Assembly: GCA_964291675.2 (NCBI GenBank)
Contig: OZ219866.1
Coordinates: 1,184,001 to 1,248,000 of the forward strand
From: Alphaproteobacteria bacterium
Lineage (GTDB): Bacteria > Pseudomonadota > Alphaproteobacteria > MPNO01
Length of the DNA stretch: 64,000 bases
Direction of reading: 5' to 3'
Of this stretch, positions 28,853-38,531 are shown one piece after another. The position numbers and the translations under genes are program-made. Under the pieces are notes generated by a model. That model worked only from the letters and a program-made list of their open reading frames with translations, had not been told where the DNA came from and made no database searches. The stretch's first letter is position 1, and every line of letters starts with the position of its first letter.

Positions 28853-30126
28853 GCGGCGGCAAGCCCGGCTCGGGGGCCGCGCCGGGACCCCACCCCGGTT
28901 CCGCAAAGGGCGGTTGCCCTGCGGCCGAACGGCGGCCGGTCGAGGACTGGCGCACCGACTGGGATCATCTGGATGCGCGCTGGCGCGACGATCCCTTCCC
29001 GATCTGGGACGCGCTGCGCCACGGCCCGATCGCGCGGACCGAGCGCTTCGAGGGCGCCTGGCTGCCGACCCGCTACGAAGACGTGCGGGCGATCGCCCAC
29101 GATACCGAGAATTTTACCTCGCGCCGCGTCGTCCTGCGCGACCGCAAGTTCGACGACCCGCCGCTGCCGGCGCCGCCGCTCACCTCCGACCCGCCGGAGC
29201 ACAAGGCGCACAAGCAGGTGCTGCTGCCCTTCTTCACGCCGCGGGAGGTCGGCAAGCTGGAGCCGCTGGCGCGGCGGATCTGCAACGCCCTGATCGACGG
29301 GTTCGTCGCCGACGGGGGCTGCGACGCCGCCCAGCAATACGCCCGCCACATCCCGGTGCGGATCATCGCCTACATGCTCGGCGTGCCGGTGCGGGACAGC
29401 CATCTGTTCATCCGCTGGATCCACGAGATCCTGGAGGTCGGCGCCTCCGACGACGAGCGCAACAGGACCGCGACCAAGGCGATGCGGGATTATTTCCGCC
29501 ATCACATCGCGCTCAGGAGAGAGGGCCGGACCGAGGCCGATCCGGACGGGCCCGAGCCCGACCTGATCCGGGCGATGATGGACGGCTCGCTCAACGGCGT
29601 GAGGTTCGAGGAGAAGCACGTGCTCGGCACGCTGAACCTGCTGATGGTCGCCGGGATCGACACCACCTGGAGCGCCATCGGCGCCTCGATCCTGCATCTC
29701 GGCCGGCACCCGGACGACCGGCGGCGCCTGATCGCGGAGCCCGGGCTGATGCCGACGGCGATCGAGGAGCTGCTGCGCGCCTACTCGCCGGTCACCATGG
29801 CGCGCGAGGTGAAGCGGGATGTCGAGCTCGGCGGCTGTCCGATGAAGCAGGGCGAGATGGTGCTGCTCTCCTTCCCGGCGGCCAACCGCGACCCCGCGAT
29901 GTTCCCGGACGCCGACCGGGTCGTGCTCGACCGCCAGGAGAACCGCCACGGCGCCTTCGGGATCGGCATCCACCGCTGCGTCGGCTCCAATCTGGCGCGC
30001 ATGGAGATGCGCATCGCCATCGAGGAATGGCTGAGGCGCATCCCGGACTACCGCGTCGACGGCGAGATCCGCTGGTCCGAAGGCACCGTGCGCGGCCCGA
30101 GAACACTGAAGGTGACGTTCGGGTAG
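28849..30126 (+). CDS. Cytochrome P450
   Basis: AGIDTT I-helix, EELLR (ExxR), FGIGIHRCVG heme motif. Confidence 0.95.
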   Translation: MSGGKPGSGAAPGPHPGSAKGGCPAAERRPVEDWRTDWDHLDARWRDDPFPIWDALRHGPIARTERFEGAWLPTRYEDVRAIAHDTENFTSRRVVLRDRKFDDPPLPAPPLTSDPPEHKAHKQVLLPFFTPREVGKLEPLARRICNALIDGFVADGGCDAAQQYARHIPVRIIAYMLGVPVRDSHLFIRWIHEILEVGASDDERNRTATKAMRDYFRHHIALRREGRTEADPDGPEPDLIRAMMDGSLNGVRFEEKHVLGTLNLLMVAGIDTTWSAIGASILHLGRHPDDRRRLIAEPGLMPTAIEELLRAYSPVTMAREVKRDVELGGCPMKQGEMVLLSFPAANRDPAMFPDADRVVLDRQENRHGAFGIGIHRCVGSNLARMEMRIAIEEWLRRIPDYRVDGEIRWSEGTVRGPRTLKVTFG

Positions 30127-30211
30127 GACGGGCGCGCGGGTGGCGTCCTCGCCTTCGGCTCCGTCGCGACCGGGATGCACGGCCGTCCCCTAGACTCTAT
30201 GCTGGTCCTGA

Positions 30212-31504
30212 CTACTGGACTCCGGTGTGCACGGAATAGAGCTCCTCGCCGGCGTTCGGCGATCCGCCAGATGGTCGGGGTCGAGGTCTCGGTCCACGTC
30301 CTGCACCCGGATGAGGATCGTGATGGCCTGCAAGCGCCATGTACTCGGCTGTCACCGGCCGAGGAGCTGTGGGCGGAGGCACGAATTCGGAGCGGGCAAT
30401 TGCAAGCGTGGGATCGCCACGAATTTTCTCTCCGTAGAGCTGCGCTGCGATTGATCGGCCAAGAATCTCCGCCAGGAGAGGAGGAGTGGCATTGCCAGCT
30501 TGCCGAACTTGCTCGCGGTAAGTCCCATCAAGCTTCCAGGAGCTCGGAAAGGTCTGCAGCCGGAGAATCTCCTCTGGCGCAAGGGGGCGGCTGTCCCAGT
30601 GAAAGGGCCCTGTGGCCGGGCCGGGGTTTGCCGGCACCGTCCAAGCAGGCTCGGCCTTCGCTAGCTTGAGGAGGAATGACCAGAATCGGCGTCGGTACCC
30701 GAAGAGCGACGGCCCCTCGCCTCGCTCGGTGAAGAACTGATAGTTCTGGCCTTCGGGTACTGAAGGCAGCAGGCCGGCGAATCGCCCGCTTGGAGCTGGT
30801 GGCTTTGCGGGACGCACATCGTGAAGCGCGTCCCAAGCCCGCACCGGATGATCTCGATGTGTCGCAGCAGGCCACGTTGGAATGGCTCCGTTGCGAAACG
30901 CGACGACGATGGCGCGTCTGCGCCGCTGCGGAACTCCGAAATCGGCGGCGTTGAGTATTCTGTAGGCCAGCTTGTAGCGTGTGCCGCTCCGGCAATTGAC
31001 GGCTGCGAGGCGCTCTTCCAGGATCGACAACGCTGAGCGATTGCCCTTCACGAATCCAGGCACGTTCTCGATCAAGATCGCATGGGGAAGTAGTCGCTCT
31101 ATTAGAGTCAGCAAGCTGTCGAGGGTCTGAGACCGATGATCGCCGAGCCCACGAGCACCAGTGCGGGACCACTGAGCCGCATTCGAGAAGGGCTGGCAGG
31201 GCGGTCCGGCGGCCAGCAGGGTGAGCTCCCCCTTGGCGATTCCAAGGTCGCGTGGGAGCAGATTGATCGCGACCTCGTTGATGTCGTAAGGATTCAGACA
31301 CTGTAGCTTGGGGCGGTTGAGCGCTAGGGAGCGTCGCGCCGCTGCATCGTTCTCTATTCCTCCAACGATGACGAACCCTGCGTGCTCCAAGCCAAGGTCG
31401 AGCCCACCGATGCCGGAGAACGCTGACAGACAGACGAGCTGTCCGTTAGGAGCGCCCTCATCCACGTGGCCAGTCACCGTCCGCTCCCGCCCAGCTTCTC
31501 GCAC
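30212..31504 (-). CDS. DNA (cytosine-5) methyltransferase
   Basis: FSGIGG (I), GPPCQPFS (IV), ENVPG (VI), QRRRR (VIII), GNATPP (X); start uncertain. Confidence 0.93.
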   Translation of the reverse strand: MREAGRERTVTGHVDEGAPNGQLVCLSAFSGIGGLDLGLEHAGFVIVGGIENDAAARRSLALNRPKLQCLNPYDINEVAINLLPRDLGIAKGELTLLAAGPPCQPFSNAAQWSRTGARGLGDHRSQTLDSLLTLIERLLPHAILIENVPGFVKGNRSALSILEERLAAVNCRSGTRYKLAYRILNAADFGVPQRRRRAIVVAFRNGAIPTWPAATHRDHPVRAWDALHDVRPAKPPAPSGRFAGLLPSVPEGQNYQFFTERGEGPSLFGYRRRFWSFLLKLAKAEPAWTVPANPGPATGPFHWDSRPLAPEEILRLQTFPSSWKLDGTYREQVRQAGNATPPLLAEILGRSIAAQLYGEKIRGDPTLAIARSEFVPPPTAPRPVTAEYMALAGHHDPHPGAGRGPRPRPRPSGGSPNAGEELYSVHTGVQ

Positions 31505-31569
31505 AATTCGACTATTCTACTGATGCTAAGGGTCACGACCAGCGAACAGCCACCCCCGATCAAGCTGCC

Positions 31570-32298
31570 ATGAACAACCGAAGGCCTACGGAGTCCGCAA
31601 CCAGGGATGGCTGCCGGATCGGAGAGATTGAATGCCGGCTGAGGACGGCCTACGGCCAGCCTCGCCACTTCAATCCAACAGATCCTCTCGATGATCTGAT
31701 CTTCCTTATCCTGTCCAGAATGACGCAGGAGACCAAGTACGTAAGAACCTATTCCCGCCTCCGTAGCTCTCTCTCGACATGGTGCGCGGTACGTGACGCC
31801 TCACCCGACGAGCTGGAGGCGCTCATCCACGAGGCCGGCCTCGCTCGGACCAAGGCCGCACAGATTCAAGAAATGCTTCGTGAAATCGAGGCGAGGGAGG
31901 TCGACCTAAGCCTGAATCGGCTTCGCAAAATGGAGAGCGGCGAGATCGAGGCATACCTGACCAGCCTGCCAGGAGTCGCACGAAAGACTGCCCTGTGCGT
32001 CATGCTCTACGCCCTTGGACGAGACGTTCTACCTGTGGATACCCATGTCTGGCGTGTCTCCCAGCGGCTCGGACTCGCTCCTGCGGGCGAGTGGAGCGAG
32101 AGGCGGGGGCGCGCCCTGGAGGCCACGGTACCGAGAGAGCTGCGGGGATCGCTACACGTAACTATGGTTGCCCATGGCCGGCGCGTCTGCCGGGCGGCAG
32201 TACCGGTCTGCAAGAGCTGCGTGCTTGCCGATCTCTGTCCAACGGCCGACCCTAACCCGCGAGCGGCTCGACTTCCTCCTCGATCACGGTCCGGATGA
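31570..32298 (+). CDS. Endonuclease III-like HhH-GPD glycosylase with 4Fe-4S cluster
   Basis: LPGVARKTA, PVDTHVWRV, CRAAVPVCKSCVLADLC. Confidence 0.88.
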   Translation: MNNRRPTESATRDGCRIGEIECRLRTAYGQPRHFNPTDPLDDLIFLILSRMTQETKYVRTYSRLRSSLSTWCAVRDASPDELEALIHEAGLARTKAAQIQEMLREIEAREVDLSLNRLRKMESGEIEAYLTSLPGVARKTALCVMLYALGRDVLPVDTHVWRVSQRLGLAPAGEWSERRGRALEATVPRELRGSLHVTMVAHGRRVCRAAVPVCKSCVLADLCPTADPNPRAARLPPRSRSG

Positions 32299-33196
32299 GT
32301 TCCTGCTCGCCGGCCTCGATTCCGTCCTTGAACCCTACCAAGCGAAGCCTATCCAGGACGACGGCACGGCCCTTCAACGTCAGGAACTCCATCGTGGGAC
32401 GCTCGACGTGGTGGGGTACGGCGAGAAAGGAGGCCGGTGGAACCCAGGTGCCGGTAAAGAGCTTCCATTGGTCTGGGCTCGGTTCATTGATCTTGGTCGC
32501 CCAACTGTCGCTACGACCTACCGTGACCTGCCCGATGAATCCCCAGGCGCCGGGCCGCAAGTCGTCCTCCCAACCCAAATGGCAAAGGACGTCCACTCCT
32601 TCGTCGTGCGCTCTCACGCGTCTCGGCGCTGCATCTGGGTTCGCCTTAAGACCAACTTCGCCGCACGCGATCCGCAAGGCCTCCTCAAAAGAGCCGCCCT
32701 CCCGACGGCGCACCGCTACCCCGGCAGACGCCAACCCACGGGCCTGCAACACCGCTAACACGATTTGCTCGAACATCTCATGTGGTCGATGCATCGAGTT
32801 CACGCTGAATGCGTGCGCGATGGTCAGGGCGAGCACCGCCGTGTACGCGCTCGTCTCAAGATCGACGCCGCGGTCAAGTACGATTTCGTCATCCGTGATC
32901 TCGAAAGGATAGCGCGCCGCAAGTACGTCGCGACGCTCGTCCATTTGTCGGAACACAACGGACGCGACTTCGTGGGCTTCGTCGAGCCGCTCCGACAAGA
33001 CGCTCGACTCACCGTCAACGCGTTCACTGTCCGATGATTGAATCAGCTCGAGGTTCCAGCCGTTGTCGGCCAAGAAGTCCGCAAGTGTTGCCCGCTTCAC
33101 AGGCTGCCCCTTGAGTGCTAGCAGCTCGACGTAGTCTGCAAGCAGAGAGGCTCGCGCGTACGGGCCATAGGTATCGGGTTCAGGCGCCCTGATCAT
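32252..33196 (-). CDS. Hypothetical protein, putative PD-(D/E)XK restriction-type nuclease
   Basis: DEGVDVL...IGQVT resembles the Mrr-like DxGxD..QxK core; overlaps the end of the ParB-like gene. Confidence 0.55.
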   Translation of the reverse strand: MIRAPEPDTYGPYARASLLADYVELLALKGQPVKRATLADFLADNGWNLELIQSSDSERVDGESSVLSERLDEAHEVASVVFRQMDERRDVLAARYPFEITDDEIVLDRGVDLETSAYTAVLALTIAHAFSVNSMHRPHEMFEQIVLAVLQARGLASAGVAVRRREGGSFEEALRIACGEVGLKANPDAAPRRVRAHDEGVDVLCHLGWEDDLRPGAWGFIGQVTVGRSDSWATKINEPSPDQWKLFTGTWVPPASFLAVPHHVERPTMEFLTLKGRAVVLDRLRLVGFKDGIEAGEQELIRTVIEEEVEPLAG

Positions 33197-34295
33197 GTTC
33201 AACCATTCGGTCTTGAATTACTGCTCGCGCTGAACGGGCAAGCTGTGACAGACCTTCCACGGCGTCGAGCAGTCCGATCGACATTGCCGCCGTGTCCGCT
33301 CGGTGAAGGGTGTCCAGGAACAGCTCCAGGCTCTTCACAAGTCGTTGGGCGCGTGGCTCCAGATCCAGCTCCTCCACGACCTGTCTGGCCAGGCTTAGGT
33401 CACCTGTCTTGCGCAGCGCTGCGTGTGCTCGTTCGTCAGCAAGCGCTCGGCCGTAAATTGTGACGTCACGTGAATCGCCCAAGACGGCTCGACTTCGCCC
33501 TCCTTTGCTCTGGAGATCTCCAAGCACCTCTGCGAGCTTGTCTGGGTTGATCCCCATCAAGGCCTGCTCAATCTCTTGATGCGTTCGTGCGGGACCGAGC
33601 CCGACATAGCTCCTGATGTCAGCCGAGTTCATACAGCGCAGCCAAACCCCGAAGCGATGGTCTTGGACGTAGGTGACATTCAGCCCGTACTCGTCTCGTG
33701 CGTGGAGGAGGATGCGGATCGCGAGATAAGGGTTCCTGACCCCTTGGGCGTTGCTTCCAACCCGCCGGCCAAGCTCCCGAAAGGGGTCGGCGATGTCCCG
33801 CTCGACGAGCCGGTCGACCTCGGCAAGGAGGTAGCGGGCCTTCGCCTCCGGCGGCCAAGTCTTCAGCCCGCCGATGTGCCTGAACCCCACATAAGCGTGG
33901 ATCTGGTTGCGATCCGAAATAAGGACGCAAGGAATCTCACGGAGCGTCTCAAGTCGTTCGGGGGGTAGCGCGATGTCGGCGAAACCGATTTCGTCAGCCT
34001 CCGGGGATCCGTGCAGGATCTTGAGCGCCGCGAGCCGCCGATTTCCCTCTACGACCCTGTATGTGTCCTCTTGGCCCTCCCTGACGACCAACAGCGGCTC
34101 TTGCGGAAAGAACCCGTTGTCCCGGTAAGAGTGCGCAAGCTCCTCTAATGCGGCCTGCTCATAGAGATACCGTAGAATCTCAGACTGCGGCTGTTGGTAG
34201 AGACGCTCCGGAAGCCGTGGGTTCTCATCATCGAGAAGCAGCTCGTCGAAGGGGAGCCGCAATATGATTCCTTCTTGCGAGGCTGTGTCGTTCAT
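33180..34295 (-). CDS. ParB/Srx N-terminal domain protein
   Basis: LLLDDENPRL, EPLLVV, VVEGNRRLAALK; GAAGGAG RBS before MNDTASQ. Confidence 0.78.
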   Translation of the reverse strand: MNDTASQEGIILRLPFDELLLDDENPRLPERLYQQPQSEILRYLYEQAALEELAHSYRDNGFFPQEPLLVVREGQEDTYRVVEGNRRLAALKILHGSPEADEIGFADIALPPERLETLREIPCVLISDRNQIHAYVGFRHIGGLKTWPPEAKARYLLAEVDRLVERDIADPFRELGRRVGSNAQGVRNPYLAIRILLHARDEYGLNVTYVQDHRFGVWLRCMNSADIRSYVGLGPARTHQEIEQALMGINPDKLAEVLGDLQSKGGRSRAVLGDSRDVTIYGRALADERAHAALRKTGDLSLARQVVEELDLEPRAQRLVKSLELFLDTLHRADTAAMSIGLLDAVEGLSQLARSARAVIQDRMVEHDQGA

Positions 34296-34460
34296 TGACG
34301 ATGCTCCTTCACGAGGCGAGCGGAGACGATGGGCCAATTCGAGGATCAGAGTCCACTGTATCCCCGACCCAAGGCGGAACAGACCGGAACCTTGAACTAC
34401 CGGCCAGAAGAAGCAAGCGGATGGCTGCGATTTGACGTGGCCGGCGCTCGGCGTGAGCCG

Positions 34461-34555
34461 CTCGGTCTTCGTCTTCGTGCGCGAAGCGGTGTCGACGTCC
34501 GTCATGCGGCCGGTCGGGCAACGCGCTGGGGGTCAGCCTCGTACGGTTCCGCGCC
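34461..34555. repeat. Direct repeat copy 2: truncated clpS 5' fragment
   Basis: Minus strand encodes MTDVDTASRTKTKTER vs ClpS MRDVDTDQRTKTKTES, then diverges. Confidence 0.8.
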
Positions 34556-34738
34556 TCGCGCCGGCTCGGTTCTAGGTCAAGCGGACTCCCCCTAGCCCGC
34601 ATTCGGCACCACGGTGGGTGTGACCGCTTATTTTAGCCAGCGAGAGCGGTTGTCGGGGAGGGATGGGCTGAGCGGCGGCTTCAGCGGTCGGCATGAGGTG
34701 CCTGCGGCTGGCTGGCGGTGGGATGGGGCCGGAACATT

Positions 34739-35092
34739 TCACGAACAAGCTGCGTCGCCGGTCGCTGGGGTCGGGTTCGCGATGCGCGACGGGCGCAGCT
34801 TGCCGGTGGCGCCCCTGGGCGGCGCGGTGGCAACGGGCTGGGCGAGGGGACCGAACACGACATCCGCCGGTTCGACGCGGACCGCCAGCCGGTCGATTTC
34901 TCCGATGACCGTCTTCATGGCCTCGCGATACGGTGCCTGGCCGCGTCGCCCGGCAACAGCTTCGTACTCGGACTGGATGGGCTCCGACAGGACAATTTCG
35001 TGCTGCCGCACGACCCTGTCGACGACCGCACGACACGTACCGTCGATCCGCGCCGCCGACACGAGAACATTGCAGTCCAGGACGACCCTTAT
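34739..35092 (-). pseudogene. PIN-family toxin pseudogene (start ATG>ATA, C-terminus lost)
   Basis: Frame reads (I)RVVLDCNVLVSAA..; begins with ATA overlapping the antitoxin TAA; no DPDD-type acidic motif after EPADVVFG. Confidence 0.7.
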
Positions 35093-35382
35093 GCCTCGCG
35101 GAGACGGCGTTCACGGCGCGAGGCGGATATTTCGGCGATCGAGTCCCTCATGATCTGGTCCTCGGAACGCCCGAGATCTTCGGACGAGGTCCGAGCCGCC
35201 CCCAACTTGGCGGCAACGCGATTGGCGGCGGCATCCCGATCGACCACTTCCTTGGGCCTGAACAGGATACCGTCGCCGACGAGGGTCGCCTCCATGATGT
35301 CGCCTTCTCGAAGGTCGATGTCCCTGCGCAGCTTGGCTGGAATGGTGACCTGGAATTTCGGCTTCACGGTGACGAACGGCAT
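35089..35382 (-). CDS. AbrB/MazE/SpoVT-family antitoxin
   Basis: VKPKFQVTIPAKLRRDIDLREGD. Confidence 0.85.
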   Translation of the reverse strand: MPFVTVKPKFQVTIPAKLRRDIDLREGDIMEATLVGDGILFRPKEVVDRDAAANRVAAKLGAARTSSEDLGRSEDQIMRDSIAEISASRRERRLREA

Positions 35383-35687
35383 GGCGGCCTCGCATGCGGC
35401 TTGTTGGAAAGTTGCACTTTCTTACTATTGGAGAGGTTGGAAAGGCAACCGCTTCCCGCCGACAGGCGGCCCGTTCGCGGCTCGACCGCCATATATCCGA
35501 AGCCCGTCGGACCACCGGCAGCTGTTGCGGACGCGGTGCTTGCGGGTGAGCCCCCTCTCGGGCCGCCGCTCGCGGCGCGACCGCACCCAACTCATCAACC
35601 CGGTCGGCGATGCGCTGTGCGGGTTCGCCGAGCTGCACGACGGTCCGATCCGCTGCGTAACCTTCGGTCACCGTCATCGCCGCCGAA

Positions 35688-35930
35688 TCAATCGAAGCGC
35701 GGCGGCTCGCGCATCGGCCCGCACGGGGGCAATTCGAGCTCTACGCCGCCATAGGGAGCAAAGCACTCCTGGATGAAGGCGGAAAGGTTCTTCGGCTCGG
35801 GTTCCCCACCGACCGCCTGGCGCAGAATCAACCGCGCCTCCTCCTCCATGGAGCGGCCATTGCCCGCCGCTCGCGTGCGAAGCCGGGTCTTCACCTCGTC
35901 GTCGAGATTGCGGATCGTGATGCTCGCCAT
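35688..35930 (-). CDS. FitA/StbC-like RHH antitoxin, no downstream toxin
   Basis: MASITIRNLDDEVKTRLRTRAAGNGRSMEEEAR; GAGG RBS. Confidence 0.85.
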   Translation of the reverse strand: MASITIRNLDDEVKTRLRTRAAGNGRSMEEEARLILRQAVGGEPEPKNLSAFIQECFAPYGGVELELPPCGPMREPPRFD

Positions 35931-36110
35931 GCCTCTGTCCTCCGCCGCCGCATGGGAGCGAACCCTACGCAAGTGATTGCGACGCTATCAAGGGGCGGGC
36001 TATGCCTCACGTTCGTTTCGATCCGCGCCTCCGGCCCGTGCGTGTCGACCCGTCAACGCGCCCGGCGCCGGGCGGGCCCCGAAGTCGGCGTTGGCTGGAG
36101 GCACCGCCAG

Positions 36111-36866
36111 CTAATTGGGCTCTTTGGTTCCATAAAAGACCGAATTGAAGGTGCCGATGTCGATCTGTCCCAGGCTGGAACTGCTGGCAATGTCGCCGCT
36201 GACATACCCGGCGACCCCCTCGGCGTCGGTCCCGCCGAAAGCGCCCTCGCCCGCGAAGGTGCCGGTAAAGGTTATCGGTCCTATGGCGGACGGCACATCG
36301 ATCGTTTCCGTCGCGGTGGGTTGGAACCTGCCGCCGGACACGGGAGCGCGTTCCGACGCGATCTCGGCGAGGCCGAACTCGTCCAGCCCGGTGTCCATGT
36401 AGGTGAGCGTCGCCTCGACGCCGTTGTTCTCGAAATGTGCCGTGATGCGCGCGCTGCCGGACAGCGCGGCGAGATCCGCCGGAGTCAGGTCCACCAGACC
36501 CAAGCCCGCAGCGACCGCGGGGTCCGAACTCACCTCGATCGTGCCGGACCATTGGCCGTTCCAGGTGGCTGTCCCCATGCCCGCGGGCTGTGTCGGCGCG
36601 CTCGCCATGATGCGGCCGCCCGCCGTGTCGTAGTGCGCCCTCAACACGTCGTTCGTGTCGCGTATGTCGAGACTCCCGGCCGGCAGGGCATTCCACTCGC
36701 CCAACTCGGCCATCATCGTCGCCCCGTCGGGTTCGGTCGGGATCGGTGCTCCACCGCCGGACGTGCTGCCATCGCCGCCGCAAGCCGCGAGCAGCAGCCC
36801 CGCAACAAGAAGCGCCACGCCGCTCTCGCCCTTCATTTGCATGGTCTTCGTTCCTGTGGTCTTCAT
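36111..36866 (-). CDS. Lipoprotein with TbpB-like C-terminal beta-barrel (putative surface lipoprotein)
   Basis: Lipobox LLAAC; ATWNG..G, GAFGG...VAGY, terminal VFYGTK. Confidence 0.65.
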   Translation of the reverse strand: MKTTGTKTMQMKGESGVALLVAGLLLAACGGDGSTSGGGAPIPTEPDGATMMAELGEWNALPAGSLDIRDTNDVLRAHYDTAGGRIMASAPTQPAGMGTATWNGQWSGTIEVSSDPAVAAGLGLVDLTPADLAALSGSARITAHFENNGVEATLTYMDTGLDEFGLAEIASERAPVSGGRFQPTATETIDVPSAIGPITFTGTFAGEGAFGGTDAEGVAGYVSGDIASSSSLGQIDIGTFNSVFYGTKEPN

Positions 36867-37041
36867 TTCTGGTCAATCCTTCGCTTCTTCGCCTGTCGAG
36901 ACGAGTATTCACTTACTCCAGACAGCGGACAATGCAACGAAACACCGCTTCGGTCCGACCGCCGGTCCGTTTCAGGTTTTCGACCGGGTCGGCTTGCTCA
37001 ACCGGCCGCGGCAGTTTCGCAAGCCGGGTGGAGTTCGGCCG

Positions 37042-38331
37042 TCAACCGCCCGCGCCAGCGTCCCCTGGCCGGTCGTAGAGGTGCCTGAGCTCCGTCCGCC
37101 AGTCGACGCCGCTCTCGACCACCCGCTCGATCGCGCGGATCCGGTAATAGGTGGGCGCCACGCCCGGCGGGTCCTCGCCCGGCGGCGCGTGCTTGAGCCG
37201 GGCGAGCAGGATGCGCCGCGTGGCGATCACCGCGGCGTCGGTGGTGCCGAGATTCTCCCGCGACCGGTCGACGACCGGGCCCATGCTCTCCTGCACCGCA
37301 TGGTCCTGGTTGTTGATCCCGTCGATGCCGCTATAGGTCTCGCTCTTCTGCACCGCCCGGTCGATCAGCCAGTCGACGTCGCGGTTGCGCAGCTTGCGGT
37401 GCCCCGCGTCGACCTCGCCGGGCGCGCGCCCGCGGCTCCATTCGAGGACCTCGCGCTCGGACTCGCCCAGCGCGTCGTTGCCGTACTTGCCGATCCAGTT
37501 GTAGACCATGGTGTTCCGGTCATCCATCGGCACGAAGATGTGGCCGTTGACGATCGGCTGCAGGGTCTCGCCGTCGCCGCCGAGCTCGAACGGGAAGAAG
37601 GTGTGGCAGGGCATGACGTAGTGGTAGACCTTGACCCACTTGCGGCCGCCCGGCATCGGCCGAATCGAGGCATAGGCGTGGCCGTAATCGGTGATCTCGA
37701 CCTCGTCGCTGAGCGGCACCGGCACGGTCCAGAGGCCGCCGAGACCGGCGCGCGCGGTGTCGGGGGTCAGCGTGGTGTGCAGGGTCGAGGCATGCATGCT
37801 GTCGATCCCGCCCTCGAGCGCCTGCAGCCAGTTGCACTCCTGCCACGTGCGGGTGACGACGCGCTGGTCGTCCCTGAGCCCGGTCCACTCGAAGCGCGGC
37901 AAGGCGGGCTGCGCGCCGTCTCCGAGATAGGCCCAGACCACCCCGCCGAGCTCGACCGTCGGGTAGGCGGCGAGCCGGATGCGCGAGCGGAAATCGCTCT
38001 CCGGCGGCTCGGTCGGCATGTCGACGCAGCGCCCTTCGACGTCGTATTTCCAACCGTGATAGACGCAGCGCAGCCCGCGCTCCTCGTTGCGCCCGAGGAA
38101 CAGCGAGACCCGGCGATGCGCGCAGAACTCCTCAAGCAGGCCGATCTTTCCCGACGTGTCGCGGAAGGCCACCAGATCCTCGCCGAGCAGCCGGACGCGG
38201 ACCGGCGCGCAATCCGGCCCGGCGATCTCGCGCGCCAGCAGCGCCGGCAGCCAGTAGCGCCGCATCAGCCGGCCGAGCGGCGTCGCCTTCCCCACCCGGG
38301 TGACGAGCGCGTTGTCTTCCCTGGACAGCAT
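37042..38331 (-). CDS. Rieske oxygenase alpha subunit (phthalate 4,5-dioxygenase-like)
   Basis: CAHR...CVYHGW; NWLQALEGGIDSMHASTLH. Confidence 0.9.
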   Translation of the reverse strand: MLSREDNALVTRVGKATPLGRLMRRYWLPALLAREIAGPDCAPVRVRLLGEDLVAFRDTSGKIGLLEEFCAHRRVSLFLGRNEERGLRCVYHGWKYDVEGRCVDMPTEPPESDFRSRIRLAAYPTVELGGVVWAYLGDGAQPALPRFEWTGLRDDQRVVTRTWQECNWLQALEGGIDSMHASTLHTTLTPDTARAGLGGLWTVPVPLSDEVEITDYGHAYASIRPMPGGRKWVKVYHYVMPCHTFFPFELGGDGETLQPIVNGHIFVPMDDRNTMVYNWIGKYGNDALGESEREVLEWSRGRAPGEVDAGHRKLRNRDVDWLIDRAVQKSETYSGIDGINNQDHAVQESMGPVVDRSRENLGTTDAAVIATRRILLARLKHAPPGEDPPGVAPTYYRIRAIERVVESGVDWRTELRHLYDRPGDAGAGG

Positions 38332-38531
38332 GGTCCTCTCCGGCGAACGCGGGCGCGGCGATCCGCGATGGCGCGCGCCGCGACCGCTCGACCATATCAA
38401 CCGGCGGTCCCGTTGACACCACGGCAGGCGCGCGGGACGCCCCGCCGCATGGCCGGGTGGCCGCCGCATGGTCGGTCCGCGCCGTTCCCGGAGTTGTGGC
38501 CGGGCCGGCGCGGCGATAGAACGGCGATGCG

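Noticed and set aside
31570-32298. Calling the glycosylase MutY or a MIG-type T:G mismatch enzyme
   Set aside because: It has Lys in the HhH motif (GVARKTA) as in Nth and lacks the MutY C-terminal domain; substrate left unassigned
34296-34505. N-terminal extension of the ParB-like ORF as a ClpS-ParB fusion
   Set aside because: Only about 16 residues resemble ClpS, the rest is not protein-like, and a good RBS precedes ATG 34295
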